From Comamonadaceae bacterium (lineage in GTDB: Bacteria; Pseudomonadota; Gammaproteobacteria; Burkholderiales; Burkholderiaceae_C), in the NCBI GenBank assembly GCA_947371915.1, contig CANBRM010000002.1, forward strand, positions 24,132-88,131: a stretch of DNA of 64,000 nucleotides. The letters run 5' to 3'. Below the pieces are notes generated by a model. The model worked only from the letters and a program-made list of their open reading frames with translations. It searched no databases and was not told where the DNA came from. A program made the position numbers and the translations under genes. Positions 49,113 through 59,217 of the stretch are shown in pieces (positions within the stretch are counted from its first letter, which is position 1; each line of letters starts with the position of its first letter).

Positions 49113-51824
49113 TCAATGGCTGGCTTGGCGCAAGGTTTGCACCACAGGGCGACGCAACACATCACGCAAACCCCACCAGCCAGCGGCCAGCGCCAAAGCG
49201 GCCCCCGTGGCTGCGCCGATCAAGGGCACCCAAGGGCTGGGGTTCCAATTGAATTCAAACGCGCACTTCGCCAAACCCCATCCCATCGCCATCGCGACCG
49301 AGCTGGCCAACACACCCGCCAAAGCCCCCACCCCCGCCAGCTCAGCGCGCTGCACCTTGGCCAGCAATTGGTTGGACGCCCCCAGCGCACGCAACACCGC
49401 GTACTCTCGCGCCCGCTCTTCACGCGTGGCGGTAACGGCAGCGAACAACACGACCAAACCGGCAGCCAAGGTGAACAAGAACAAAAACTCCACCGCGCTC
49501 ACCACTTGACCCAACACGGCCTGCACTTGGTTCAAGGTAGCGCCCATGTCCACGCTGGTGACGTTGGGAAAACGGCTGAGGAGTTGGTTGTCGAACGTAG
49601 CCACAGGTTTTTCCGCTGTAACCACACGTTGCGGCGCACGAAAGGCGGCGATGTAAGTGGTGGGCACATCAAAGCCTGCGCCCGTGGTCAAACGACTGAC
49701 GGGGTACATCACAAAGAAGTTGGCGCGCATGGATGTCCAATCCACACGACGCACCGAGGTGATGCGCGCCTCGTGCAGCACACCGGCCATGTCAAAACGC
49801 AGGGTGTCGCCCAGCTTGAGTTTCAAGGTTTTGGCAATGCCTTCTTCGATACTCAGGCCATCCGCCTCTTCGGCTTGCCACGCGCCAGCGACCACGGTGT
49901 TGTGCTCGGGGTTGTTCGCGCTGAACGACACGTTGAATTCCCGGTCCACCAAACGCTGGGCGCGCTCTTCGGTGTAGCTGTCAGGCGTGACAGTGTTGCC
50001 ATTGACCGCGACCAAACGGGCGCGAATCATCGGGTACCAGTCGAATTTATTGACGCCTGCATCGTGCAGGGTTTGTAAAAACGAGGACGACTGATCGGGC
50101 TGAATATTGATGACAAAACGATTCGGCGCATCCACCGGTGTGGCGTTGCGCCAGCTGCTGATCAAGTCCGTGCGCAACAGCACCAAAAGCGCCAAGGCCA
50201 ACAAGCCCACCGCCAACGCGCTGACCTGCACCATGGCATACACAGGGCGGGCGCTGATTTGGCGTGTGGCCAACATCAGCCAAGGCGGCGCGCTGCCCTC
50301 CACCACGCTGCGGCGCAACACCGCAACGGCCAACCAAGCCATGCCTGCAAACAGCAACACAGCGCCCGAAAAACCACCCACCACCATGAGGCCGAGTTTC
50401 AAGTCACGGCTCACGGCAATGAGCAACACAGCAAAGCCTGTGAGGCCCAAGGCCCACACGCTCAGGGTGGTGGCTTTGAGTTCACCCACGTCCCGGCGCA
50501 TCACACGCAAGGCGGGCACGCTGGCCAGTTGCAACACGGGCGGCAAGCCAAACGCGAGCAGCAAGGTCAAGCCCGTGCCCAAGCCATACACCACCGGCCA
50601 CACGCTGGGTGCTGGCAACGCGGTTTCGACCAAGCCTTTGAGCAAGGCCACAAACACCAAGTGCACGGCATAGCCCAAAGCCAAACCTAAGGCGCTGGCA
50701 AAGGTGCCCACCCACACAAACTCTGCGGTGTACGACAACGCAATGTGGCGCTGGCTCAAGCCCAACACGCGCAGCATGGCGCAGTCGTCCAAGTGGCGGG
50801 CGGCAAATGCTCGGGCGGCCAGAGCCACCGCCACCGCGCTGAGCAAGGCGGCCAGCAAGGCCACCAGGTTCAAGAACTTGCCCGCACGGTCCAAGGTTTG
50901 GCGCATCTCGGGACGCCCTGCTTCGAGCGACTCCACGCGCACACCGCGCACCTCTGGTTTTTTGCTCTCACCTTCAGCCCATGCCAAAAACTTTTTGGCA
51001 GCAGCGTCTGACCCGATCACGGCGTAGCGCCACGTCACCCGACTGGCGGGTTGAATCAAGGCCGTCGCGTCTAAGTCAGCACTGTTCATCAACACGCGCG
51101 GCGCAAAGTTCATGAAGCCCGCGCCACGGTCTGGCTCGTTCACCAACACACGGCTGATGCGCAAGCGGCTGTTGCCCAGCAACACACGGTCACCGACATC
51201 GAGGCCTAAGGCTTCTAAGCCTGCTGGCTCAATCCACACTTCGCCGCTGGCGGGGATGTTCGTCGTTTTTTCAATGGCCGACTTGCTGACGATGCCGCCA
51301 CTCGCCGTGGTCTGCGGGCTGTCGATGTGGCTTGATCTGTCATAACTCAGCGAGAGTTGGGCTTGCGCTAGGCTGCTGGCCACTTGGAGTTCGCCGCGCA
51401 AGGGGTAGCCCACTTCAACGGCTTTGAGCGCCACCAATCGACTGTTGCTCTCGGCGCCGCTTTGCGCCTGACCACGCGCCATGGTGGGGAAGCTCAATGT
51501 CGTCACGCCTTGCAGCTCATCGGCGTTGGCGCGCTGCACGATGTGCGCGGGCGTGGCTTGGTCACTCACCACCACCACATCGCCACCTAAGAGTTGGCGC
51601 GCGTCGCGCTGCAATCCGCCGTTCAAGCGATCCGCCAAAAAACTGACCGAGCTGAGTGCGGCCACACCCAAAGCCACGGCCACCACCAATAAACGCAACT
51701 CGCCTGCGCGGGCATCACGCCACAGCGTGCGCCACGCTTGCGTCCACCAAGTCACGCCTGAATAGGTCAACGCAGGCTGCGCTGCCTTCGGTGTGCCTGC
51801 GCCAGGCTGCGTGCGTGCGTTCAT
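49113..51824 (-). CDS. YbbP-like FtsX-family ABC permease
   Basis: RDARAGELR, LLGGD, LKAV..GYPLRG, PASRV, PNRFVINIQPDQ, REFNVS, NFFV. Confidence 0.9.
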   Translation of the reverse strand: MNARTQPGAGTPKAAQPALTYSGVTWWTQAWRTLWRDARAGELRLLVVAVALGVAALSSVSFLADRLNGGLQRDARQLLGGDVVVVSDQATPAHIVQRANADELQGVTTLSFPTMARGQAQSGAESNSRLVALKAVEVGYPLRGELQVASSLAQAQLSLSYDRSSHIDSPQTTASGGIVSKSAIEKTTNIPASGEVWIEPAGLEALGLDVGDRVLLGNSRLRISRVLVNEPDRGAGFMNFAPRVLMNSADLDATALIQPASRVTWRYAVIGSDAAAKKFLAWAEGESKKPEVRGVRVESLEAGRPEMRQTLDRAGKFLNLVALLAALLSAVAVALAARAFAARHLDDCAMLRVLGLSQRHIALSYTAEFVWVGTFASALGLALGYAVHLVFVALLKGLVETALPAPSVWPVVYGLGTGLTLLLAFGLPPVLQLASVPALRVMRRDVGELKATTLSVWALGLTGFAVLLIAVSRDLKLGLMVVGGFSGAVLLFAGMAWLAVAVLRRSVVEGSAPPWLMLATRQISARPVYAMVQVSALAVGLLALALLVLLRTDLISSWRNATPVDAPNRFVINIQPDQSSSFLQTLHDAGVNKFDWYPMIRARLVAVNGNTVTPDSYTEERAQRLVDREFNVSFSANNPEHNTVVAGAWQAEEADGLSIEEGIAKTLKLKLGDTLRFDMAGVLHEARITSVRRVDWTSMRANFFVMYPVSRLTTGAGFDVPTTYIAAFRAPQRVVTAEKPVATFDNQLLSRFPNVTSVDMGATLNQVQAVLGQVVSAVEFLFLFTLAAGLVVLFAAVTATREERAREYAVLRALGASNQLLAKVQRAELAGVGALAGVLASSVAMAMGWGLAKCAFEFNWNPSPWVPLIGAATGAALALAAGWWGLRDVLRRPVVQTLRQASH

Positions 51825-52708
51825 GCTTTAGCAACCTTGTGCACGCCGCCCTGCGCCAACTCGGGCTGCAGCTGCAAGCGCTCCAAGGCGGTGTAGCCTA
51901 AAAAGTGTTTGTTGGTGGCGCGACCGATGGTGCACAGCTGCAGGCGTGTGGCCACGTCGTAGCCCATTTGCGTGATGCCGCTGCGCGACACCACCACCGC
52001 CACGCCCATTTGCGCCGACTTCATCACCATCTCGCTGGTCAAGCGGCCGGTGGTGTAAAAAATCGAATCAGCATCGGCAACCACGCCATTCATCCACATC
52101 CATCCCGCGATGGTGTCGATGGCGTTGTGGCGGCCCACGTCTTCCACAAAAATTTGCATGCGCTCGCCACTGAACAAGGCGCAACCATGCACCGAGCCTG
52201 CGGACTTATAGGTGCTCTCTTGCAAGCGAATGGCGTTGAGCAAACCGTACAAACGCGCTTGACTGATGCGGGCGTTAGGCAGCACCAAGTGGTCGATCTC
52301 GCCCATCAAGTCACCAAACACACTGCCCTGCCCACAGCCGGTGGTGACCACGCGCTTTTCGGTACGCGCGGCAATGTCGGCAATGCCATGGTGAGTTTTC
52401 ACCGCGGCTACGCCTGCGCCGTCTTCACCGGCATCCCAATCGACGGTGATGGACTCGACCTCACGCACATCACCCACCAAACGCTGGTTGCGCAAGTAGC
52501 CCAGCACCAACAACTCGGGGTGTGCCCCCAAGGTCATGAGGGTGACGATTTCGCGCTTGTCCACATAGACGGTCAGCGCACGCTCAGCGGGGATAGAGGT
52601 GTGCTCATGCACACCGTGCTCGTTGACCACGTCAATTTGGCGGGTCAACTCAGCGTGAGCTTGGGTGAGTCGGGGCAGCGAGGAAACAGGATATGAAGCG
52701 AAGGACAT
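51821..52708 (-). CDS. fdhD: Formate dehydrogenase accessory sulfurtransferase FdhD
   Basis: TTGCGQG, GSVHGCAL, EDVGRHNA.D, TTGRLTSEMV.K. Confidence 0.92.
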   Translation of the reverse strand: MSFASYPVSSLPRLTQAHAELTRQIDVVNEHGVHEHTSIPAERALTVYVDKREIVTLMTLGAHPELLVLGYLRNQRLVGDVREVESITVDWDAGEDGAGVAAVKTHHGIADIAARTEKRVVTTGCGQGSVFGDLMGEIDHLVLPNARISQARLYGLLNAIRLQESTYKSAGSVHGCALFSGERMQIFVEDVGRHNAIDTIAGWMWMNGVVADADSIFYTTGRLTSEMVMKSAQMGVAVVVSRSGITQMGYDVATRLQLCTIGRATNKHFLGYTALERLQLQPELAQGGVHKVAKA

Positions 52709-52724
52709 AGAACGACAGGCTACA

Positions 52725-52760
52725 ACAAAAAGGGCCGACACCTTGACAGGCGCGGCCCCA
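52725..52760 (-). terminator. Probable intrinsic terminator within the fdh cluster
   Basis: GGGCCGACACCT-TGAC-AGGCGCGGCCC hairpin (with G-U pairs) followed by a T-run on the minus strand. Confidence 0.55.
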
Positions 52761-52781
52761 TGCACAGCGAGGCTGTGTGGA

Positions 52782-53168
52782 TTACGATTTTTTAGCCGGT
52801 GCAGCAGGCGCTACAGCTTTGGCTGGAGCCGCTGCTGCGGCCGCCGCCGCAGGGGCTGATGCTGCAGCAGCGGGTGCTGCCGCAGCAGCAGGCGCAGCTT
52901 CTGGCGGTGTGTAGACAAACTTACCAGGGTCCACGCAAGGCGCCGAAGTGGCAGGCTTGCCCGCTTGGGCTTTGTGGGTCTTTTGCACATGCGCTGCCAC
53001 TTTGTCTTGCGACTTGCAGAGCAAATAGCTGTCCATCTTGCCGGCGTGCGCTGTCTTGGCAGCCGCCTCGGCGGCTTTGGCCTTGGCTTCGTCGCTGGGC
53101 GCGGGCAGTTTGGCAAACGCGGTGGCGCTGGCCATGGCCAACGTCAAGACTAGAAGAGTTTTGTTCAT
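52782..53168 (-). CDS. Small exported Ala-rich protein in the fdh operon
   Basis: Signal peptide AFA-K, two Cys, Ala/Pro tail; directly after the fdh gamma gene. Confidence 0.75.
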   Translation of the reverse strand: MNKTLLVLTLAMASATAFAKLPAPSDEAKAKAAEAAAKTAHAGKMDSYLLCKSQDKVAAHVQKTHKAQAGKPATSAPCVDPGKFVYTPPEAAPAAAAAPAAAASAPAAAAAAAAPAKAVAPAAPAKKS

Positions 53169-53193
53169 ATCAGTTCCTGTATCGAGGCGGTGA

Positions 53194-54333
53194 TCAAGCG
53201 CGGACCGCAGGGCCCGTGACGGGCTCTGAGCGGTGTGCGGGAATCTTGCCAGCTTGAATGTCGTCGTACCAGAGTTCGTGGTGCTCTTTGGCCCACGTCT
53301 CGTCCACGTAACCGGTTTTCATGGCTTTGTAAGCGCCTTCCATACCGATCGACCCCATATAGATGTGCGCCATGAACATAGCGATCATCAACAACGTGGC
53401 CACGGCGTGGACCATGTGTGCGATTTGCATGGTGCTGCGTTCGTAAATCAAGCCGGGCACGATCTTGTCGAGCACAAAACCCGACGCCACCACCACCAAG
53501 CCCAAGCCAAACACGCCGCCCCAGAACACCACTTTTTCGCCCGCGTTGAAACGGTGCGAAGGTACTTCTTTGCCACCGAACATGCCGCCCGCTTTGATGA
53601 TCCACACAAAGTCTTCTTTGCTGGGCCAGTTGTCTTTGAGGAAGGTGAAAAACACCACGGTCAACGACACGGCAAACAAAGGCCCTGCGAAGTTGTGCGC
53701 GTTCTTCAGCAAATATGTGATCCAGCCAAACAAAGTTTCGCCAATCACGGGTTTGATGAAAAACTTGCCAAACGCCATGGTGATGCCCGACAAGGCCAGC
53801 ACCACAAATGCAATCGCGTTGGTCCAATGGGCAGAGCGTTCGAACGGTGTGAAGCGCTCAATTTCTTTGCCCGTAGGTGCGCCGTGCAAACGCATCATGC
53901 CTTTGCGCCAGTAGAAAACGGCGATGGCCCCCAACACGATCAACAGCAGCGAACCGCCGTAGGGAATGATCCAGTTGTTGCGTACTTGACGCCATGCTTC
54001 ACCACCGTTGGTGAGGCGTGAGCCTGGGTATTGCACAAAGGGTTGAATCAACACGCCAGCTTCGGGCGCTTGCGACTTAGGCAGGCTGCTGTAGCCTTCA
54101 ACGCCTGCGCCCACACCACGCCACATGGGCGCGTTGTTGCCGGGTTGGACTTTGCCGCGTTCGCCGTTGGTTTGCTCGGCATAACCGGGCGCATCGCTGG
54201 CGTCAGGCTTGACGTCTTGAATGTTGACGCTCTGGATGGCCGGAGCCACCGCAGGCGCTTTGTCTTGCGCGCCAGCTGACAGTGCGAACACCGTCAGCGC
54301 TGCACACAACACCGATTGAAAAGAGCGGTACAT
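53194..54333 (-). CDS. Formate dehydrogenase gamma subunit (cytochrome b)
   Basis: IERFT..ER.AHW, HNFAGP, RFNAGEK, HIYMG, GYVDETWAKEHHELW; N-terminal periplasmic extension. Confidence 0.93.
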   Translation of the reverse strand: MYRSFQSVLCAALTVFALSAGAQDKAPAVAPAIQSVNIQDVKPDASDAPGYAEQTNGERGKVQPGNNAPMWRGVGAGVEGYSSLPKSQAPEAGVLIQPFVQYPGSRLTNGGEAWRQVRNNWIIPYGGSLLLIVLGAIAVFYWRKGMMRLHGAPTGKEIERFTPFERSAHWTNAIAFVVLALSGITMAFGKFFIKPVIGETLFGWITYLLKNAHNFAGPLFAVSLTVVFFTFLKDNWPSKEDFVWIIKAGGMFGGKEVPSHRFNAGEKVVFWGGVFGLGLVVVASGFVLDKIVPGLIYERSTMQIAHMVHAVATLLMIAMFMAHIYMGSIGMEGAYKAMKTGYVDETWAKEHHELWYDDIQAGKIPAHRSEPVTGPAVRA

Positions 54334-54347
54334 GGTGTGCCCCTTGT

Positions 54348-54569
54348 TTACGGTGCGCGACTGTGGTCGTTCATGCCGTATTGGCCGCGAGCACGCAGGT
54401 GTTGCTCCCAGCTGGTTTTGTCGCCCGCTGTCCAGCCTGGCTCGACGAAGTGGTTTTGAGCGCCGCTGTAAGACGTGGCGTCGTTTTTGGTGCCGAGAGT
54501 TTGGGCTTTCTCACCGCAAGCGGTGAGCGCGGCCACGCTCAAAAGAATGAGTGACGTGCGTTTCATCAT
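54348..54569 (-). CDS. Small lipoprotein in the fdh operon
   Basis: Lipobox LTAC, GWTAGDKTSWE..L..R.Q; overlaps the beta subunit stop. Confidence 0.8.
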   Translation of the reverse strand: MMKRTSLILLSVAALTACGEKAQTLGTKNDATSYSGAQNHFVEPGWTAGDKTSWEQHLRARGQYGMNDHSRAP

Positions 54570-55195
54570 TTCTTCACCCCTTCGTCTTTGGCGGCCGCTT
54601 GGCCAGCTTGCTTAGAGCCGTAAGCCGTGCCCCAGCCCCACACTTCTGCACCCTTGTTGCGCTTGACCACGCGGTTGCGGAAGATGTCGGCCACCATGTC
54701 GCCGTCACCGGCGAGCAAGGCTTTGGTCGAGCACATTTCGGCGCACGCAGGCAACTTACCTTCGGCCAAACGGTTGCGACCGTATTTTTCAAACTCGGCT
54801 TCGCTGCCGTTGGCTTCTGGGCCACCGGCGCAGAACGTGCACTTGTCCATCTTGCCGCGCACACCGAAGGTGCCTTGGCTTGGGAACTGAGGTGCGCCGA
54901 ACGGGCAAGCGTAAGAGCAGTAGCCGCAGCCAATGCAAATGTCTTTGTCGTGCAAGACCACGCCTTCGTCGGTCTTGTAGAAGCAGTTCACAGGGCAAAC
55001 GGCCATACAAGGTGCGTCAGAACAATGCATACACGCGACAGAGATGGATTTCTCGCCGGGTACGCCGTCGTTTAAGGTGACCACACGGCGGCGGTTCACG
55101 CCCCAAGGTACTTCGTGTTCATTTTTACAAGCGGTGACGCAACCGTTGCACTCGATGCAACGCTCTGCGTCACAGATAAATTTCATGCGTGCCAT
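54566..55195 (-). CDS. Formate dehydrogenase beta (4Fe-4S) subunit, FDH3 type
   Basis: CIECNGCVTAC, CMHCSDAPCMAVCP, CIGCGYCSYACP, KCTFC. Confidence 0.93.
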   Translation of the reverse strand: MARMKFICDAERCIECNGCVTACKNEHEVPWGVNRRRVVTLNDGVPGEKSISVACMHCSDAPCMAVCPVNCFYKTDEGVVLHDKDICIGCGYCSYACPFGAPQFPSQGTFGVRGKMDKCTFCAGGPEANGSEAEFEKYGRNRLAEGKLPACAEMCSTKALLAGDGDMVADIFRNRVVKRNKGAEVWGWGTAYGSKQAGQAAAKDEGVKK

Positions 55196-55205
55196 TTAAT
55201 TCTCC

Positions 55206-58172
55206 TTAGGCGCGTTCGATGTTGCAAACGGTGGTTTTGGTTTCTTGCATCATGGTGACGCTGTCGTAACCATAAGTCGTGGCTGTGTTCACAGCCTCAC
55301 CGCGCACGATGGGCGCTGCGCCCTTGGGGTAGTGCTCCAGCATGTCTTTGCCTTGCCAGCGGCCCGAGAAGTGGAACGGCATCCAAACGGTGCCCGTATC
55401 CACACGCTCTGTCACCAAAGCTTGCACATTCAATCGTGCGCCGGTCGCGCCCAGCAGCCACACGCGCTCGCCATTGCGAATGCCACGGTCTGCTGCGGTT
55501 TTGGGGTTGATCTCGACAAACGCTTCTTGCTGCAACTCGGCCAACCATGGGTTGGAACGGGTCTCTTCGCCGCCACCTTCGTACTCGACCAAACGGCCCG
55601 AGGTGAGGATGAGTGGAAACTTCTCGTGCACCTTGTCGGCGATGTTTTTGTCTTGGATCGTTTTGTACAAGGTGGGCAGACGCCAGAACGCTTTTTTATC
55701 AGCGTGCGTGGGGTACTTTTCCATCAAGTCAGGACGCGTGCCATACAAAGGCTCGCGGTGTTGCGGAATCGGATCGGGGAAGTTCCATACCACGGCACGC
55801 GCTTTGGCGTTACCGAAAGGATGGCAACCGTGGTTTTGCATGAACACACGCATCATGCCGCCCGAGTTGTCGGTCTTCCAGTTCTTGCCTTCGGCCAATG
55901 CTTTTTCAGCATCGGTGAGTTCGTCCCACCAGCCGAGTTTCTTGAGCAAGACGTGGTCGAGTTCGGGGTAGCCCGTGGTGATGTCCGCGCCTTTGGAGTG
56001 CGAACCATCTTCAGCCAACAGGTTTTGGCCATCTTTCTCGACGCCGAAGTTGGCGCGGAAGTTACCGCCGCCTTCCATGACGTGCTTGGAGGTGTCGTAC
56101 AGGTTAGGCGAGCCTGGGTGCTTGAGTTCGGGTGTGCCAAAGCAAGGCCAAGGCAAGCCGAAGTAGTCCCCACCAAAGTCGTAACCGGTTTCTTTGTCTT
56201 TGCCGCCTTTGGACTTGAGGGTCTTCACGTCGAACAAGTGCATGTTCTTCATGTGCGCCTTCAAACGCTCAGGACTCTGACCGGTGTAGCCAATGGTCCA
56301 CACCGACTTGTTGATTTCGCGCAAGATGTCTTCGGGCATGGGTTCGTCCATGCCTTTGACTTTTTGCAGCTTGTAGTTCTTGACCAGTTCTGGACCAAAA
56401 CCCAGTTTTTGCGCCAACTGGTACATGATCATGTGGTCGGTGCGGCTCTCCCACAAGGGCTCAATGACCTTCTCGCGCCACTGAATAGAGCGGTTAGAGG
56501 CCGTGGCCGAACCACTGGTTTCAAACTGCGTGGCAGCGGGCAACAGGTACACCGCGCGGTTGGGGTTGAGGTCTTCGGCTTTGCCGGGCATCGCAGCCAT
56601 GGCGGCTGTGGCCGATGGATAAGGATCAACCACCACCAACAAGTCCAACTTGTCCATGGCGCGCTTCATCTCCAAACCGCGGGTTTGTGAGTTGGGGGCA
56701 TGGCCCCAATAGAAGACGGCCTTGAGGTTGCTGTCTTGGTCGATGAGTTCGTTCTTTTCCATCACACCGTCGATCCAACGCGACAAGGTGATGCCAGGCT
56801 TGGTCATCATCGCGGGCGATGCAAAACGGCCTTTGAGCCAGTCGAATTCCACACCCCACGCTTTGGCGAAATGCTTCCAAGCACCTTCGACCAAGCCGTA
56901 GTAGCCGGGCAACGAGTCGGGGTTAGGACCCACGTCAGTCGCGCCTTGCACGTTGTCGTGGCCACGGAAAATGTTGGTGCCGCCACCGGACTTGCCGATG
57001 TTGCCCAACGCCAATTGCAAGATACACGAGGCACGCACGATGGCGTTACCAATGGTGTGCTGGGTTTGGCCCATACACCACACCACGGTGCCGGGGTTGT
57101 TTTCGTGCAGCATGGTGGCAACCTTGGTCACCTGTTCAGGCGACACGCCGCAGACTTCTTCGACCTTGTCGAGCGTCCACTTGGCCATGACTTCTTCTTT
57201 GACCTTGTCCATGCCGAACACGCGGTCGTTGATGTACTTTTTGTCTTCCCAGCCGTTCTTGAAGATGACGTGCAACAAGCCAAACAAGAAGGCAATGTCA
57301 GAGCCCGAGCGGATGCGCACGTACTCGTCAGCCTTGGCTGCCGTGCGTGTGAAACGTGGATCGACCACGATCATCTTGCAGCCGTTTTCTTTGGCGTGCA
57401 GCATGTGCAACATGGACACAGGATGGGCTTCGGCAGCGTTCGAACCGATGTACATCGCGACCTTGCTGTTTTGCATGTCGTTGTACGAGTTGGTCATCGC
57501 GCCATAACCCCACGTGTTCGCCACACCGGCCACGGTGGTGGAGTGGCAAATACGGGCTTGATGGTCACAGTTGTTGCTACCGAAGTAGCTGACGAACTTG
57601 CGCAACAAATACGCTTGTTCGTTGTTGTGCTTGGATGAACCGATCCAGTACACGCTGTCTGGGCCAGAGGTCTTGCGCAAATCGAGCACTTTGGCACTGA
57701 TTTCGTCCAAAGCGGTTTCCCAGCTGATGCGCTCGTACTTGCCATTCACCAATTTCATGGGGTAGCGCAAGCGGAACTCACCGTGGCCGTGCTCGCGCAG
57801 GGCCGCACCTTTGGCGCAATGCGCGCCGAGGTTGATGGGGGAATCAAACACGGCTTCTTGGCGCACCCAGACGCCGTTTTCGACCACGGCATCGACCGCA
57901 CAACCCACAGAACAATGGGTACACACCGTGCGTTTGACTTCAATTTTGTGGGTGTTCTCGCCAGACATCGAGCCAGAAGCTTGGGCTTTTTTGACCAAGG
58001 TCAGCTGTGTGGCAGCCAAGCCCACACCGATACCCAAACCGGAGCGACGCAGAAAACCGCGACGGTCCAAGGTAGGCAAGGCTTGCGACAAACCGCGCTG
58101 CAGGCGGTTGACCAACGTAGAACCACCAGCCGATGGGCTGGCAGTACCGGAAGATTTACGGGTTAACAACAT
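55206..58172 (-). CDS. Formate dehydrogenase alpha subunit (Mo/W-bisPGD, Cys-type, Tat-exported)
   Basis: DRRGFL Tat motif, CTHCSVGC...HCAKG, QARICHS, RGHDNVQG. Confidence 0.95.
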   Translation of the reverse strand: MLLTRKSSGTASPSAGGSTLVNRLQRGLSQALPTLDRRGFLRRSGLGIGVGLAATQLTLVKKAQASGSMSGENTHKIEVKRTVCTHCSVGCAVDAVVENGVWVRQEAVFDSPINLGAHCAKGAALREHGHGEFRLRYPMKLVNGKYERISWETALDEISAKVLDLRKTSGPDSVYWIGSSKHNNEQAYLLRKFVSYFGSNNCDHQARICHSTTVAGVANTWGYGAMTNSYNDMQNSKVAMYIGSNAAEAHPVSMLHMLHAKENGCKMIVVDPRFTRTAAKADEYVRIRSGSDIAFLFGLLHVIFKNGWEDKKYINDRVFGMDKVKEEVMAKWTLDKVEEVCGVSPEQVTKVATMLHENNPGTVVWCMGQTQHTIGNAIVRASCILQLALGNIGKSGGGTNIFRGHDNVQGATDVGPNPDSLPGYYGLVEGAWKHFAKAWGVEFDWLKGRFASPAMMTKPGITLSRWIDGVMEKNELIDQDSNLKAVFYWGHAPNSQTRGLEMKRAMDKLDLLVVVDPYPSATAAMAAMPGKAEDLNPNRAVYLLPAATQFETSGSATASNRSIQWREKVIEPLWESRTDHMIMYQLAQKLGFGPELVKNYKLQKVKGMDEPMPEDILREINKSVWTIGYTGQSPERLKAHMKNMHLFDVKTLKSKGGKDKETGYDFGGDYFGLPWPCFGTPELKHPGSPNLYDTSKHVMEGGGNFRANFGVEKDGQNLLAEDGSHSKGADITTGYPELDHVLLKKLGWWDELTDAEKALAEGKNWKTDNSGGMMRVFMQNHGCHPFGNAKARAVVWNFPDPIPQHREPLYGTRPDLMEKYPTHADKKAFWRLPTLYKTIQDKNIADKVHEKFPLILTSGRLVEYEGGGEETRSNPWLAELQQEAFVEINPKTAADRGIRNGERVWLLGATGARLNVQALVTERVDTGTVWMPFHFSGRWQGKDMLEHYPKGAAPIVRGEAVNTATTYGYDSVTMMQETKTTVCNIERA

Positions 58173-58184
58173 AGGTGCTCCTGA

Positions 58185-58403
58185 TCAGACGCGTGCGGTC
58201 TGGTAATAGCGTTTGACGTGTTCGCTCAAGCTGTAACCGCCACCGTTTTCAGGCGCGGGGGGCAGTGCTTTAACGGCTGCTTCGGGTGCGTTCACACCTG
58301 GCAATGCGGTCACTGCGGCCACGGCAGCACCTGCGGCTGCGGCGCCCATGAAAAAACCACGGCGCGATGGCGCGGCTTGGTCTTTGGATTGTTCTTTTGG
58401 CAT
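58185..58403 (-). CDS. Small Tat-signal protein preceding fdh alpha
   Basis: PSRRGFF and GY.LSEHVKRYYQTARV; GAGGAG RBS. Confidence 0.85.
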   Translation of the reverse strand: MPKEQSKDQAAPSRRGFFMGAAAAGAAVAAVTALPGVNAPEAAVKALPPAPENGGGYSLSEHVKRYYQTARV

Positions 58404-58590
58404 GTCTTGCTCCTCGTGGGTTCGTGCGTATGCACAACTTTGCATACTGTATCTAATAAAGCGGTTTGTCTTATACGTAGTTACGCCAAAACACGAAAAA
58501 CTGTATGGTTACTTCGGCGAAACAACGCTTTTTTGCCACTAAAGCGCCTCAAATCTCCTCAAAAGAAGAAGCGGGCAGGTTTCAATCAAC

Positions 58591-59208
58591 TCAGCTCAGC
58601 ATGTCAAAGCCTTGCGACTCGACGCTCACAAACGCCCGCGTCAACTCGGCCAGTGCACCATAAAAGCGCGCACGCGGGTTGGCTTGCAGCGCGTCGCAAA
58701 ACGCGGGCAGCCACGTTTGCACATGATGGCCAAAGAATTTGGCTTGCTGCGTGAGGTTGGACACCACCACATCGTCGCCGGCCACCAAAAAGCGCATGAC
58801 TTCAAACACGTACGACACATGGTCCTCGGTTTCAGACATGGTGTTGGCGTCGCGCGTGAGACCCAAAGCTGCCAAATCGGTACGCAGCTGAGCCAGCGGC
58901 TTTTCGTTCAAGAAACCGGTCAAAAAGTGCGAGGCGTACACATACACCTCTGGCTTGCCCACGCCGCCAAACAAGGCATCGTGCTCGCGCTGAATGCTCA
59001 CGTCGTCCATCTCGCGTGTCACGCCGACCAACTGACGCCAAGGCTCTTCTAAAAAACCACCCGCTGTGGGCGCTTCGGTCGGCGCGACGCGTAACTGCGC
59101 CAGCATCTCAGGACGCGCAGGGGCGTAAAAAAGCTCGGCGATCAGACCGTATAGCTCGGCGCGTGCGGTTTCTTCATCAAGGGCAAAAGACAGGTGAAGT
59201 TCAGTCAT
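58591..59208 (-). CDS. TorD/DmsD-family chaperone
   Basis: ARAELY, LFGGVGK, YASHFLTGFL.EKPL, ETEDH, FFGHHV..W. Confidence 0.92.
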   Translation of the reverse strand: MTELHLSFALDEETARAELYGLIAELFYAPARPEMLAQLRVAPTEAPTAGGFLEEPWRQLVGVTREMDDVSIQREHDALFGGVGKPEVYVYASHFLTGFLNEKPLAQLRTDLAALGLTRDANTMSETEDHVSYVFEVMRFLVAGDDVVVSNLTQQAKFFGHHVQTWLPAFCDALQANPRARFYGALAELTRAFVSVESQGFDMLS

Positions 59209-59217
59209 ACAAATAAT

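Noticed and set aside
57530-57560. Selenocysteine recoding in FDH alpha
   Set aside because: Active site reads RICH with a TGC codon; no in-frame TGA.
55245-57638. Long plus-strand ORFs (481 aa, 312 aa) opposite fdh alpha; similar ones opposite livK, serS, ispH, iorB and ybbP
   Set aside because: Antisense shadows caused by GC/codon bias; no motifs, and fully overlapping well-supported genes.
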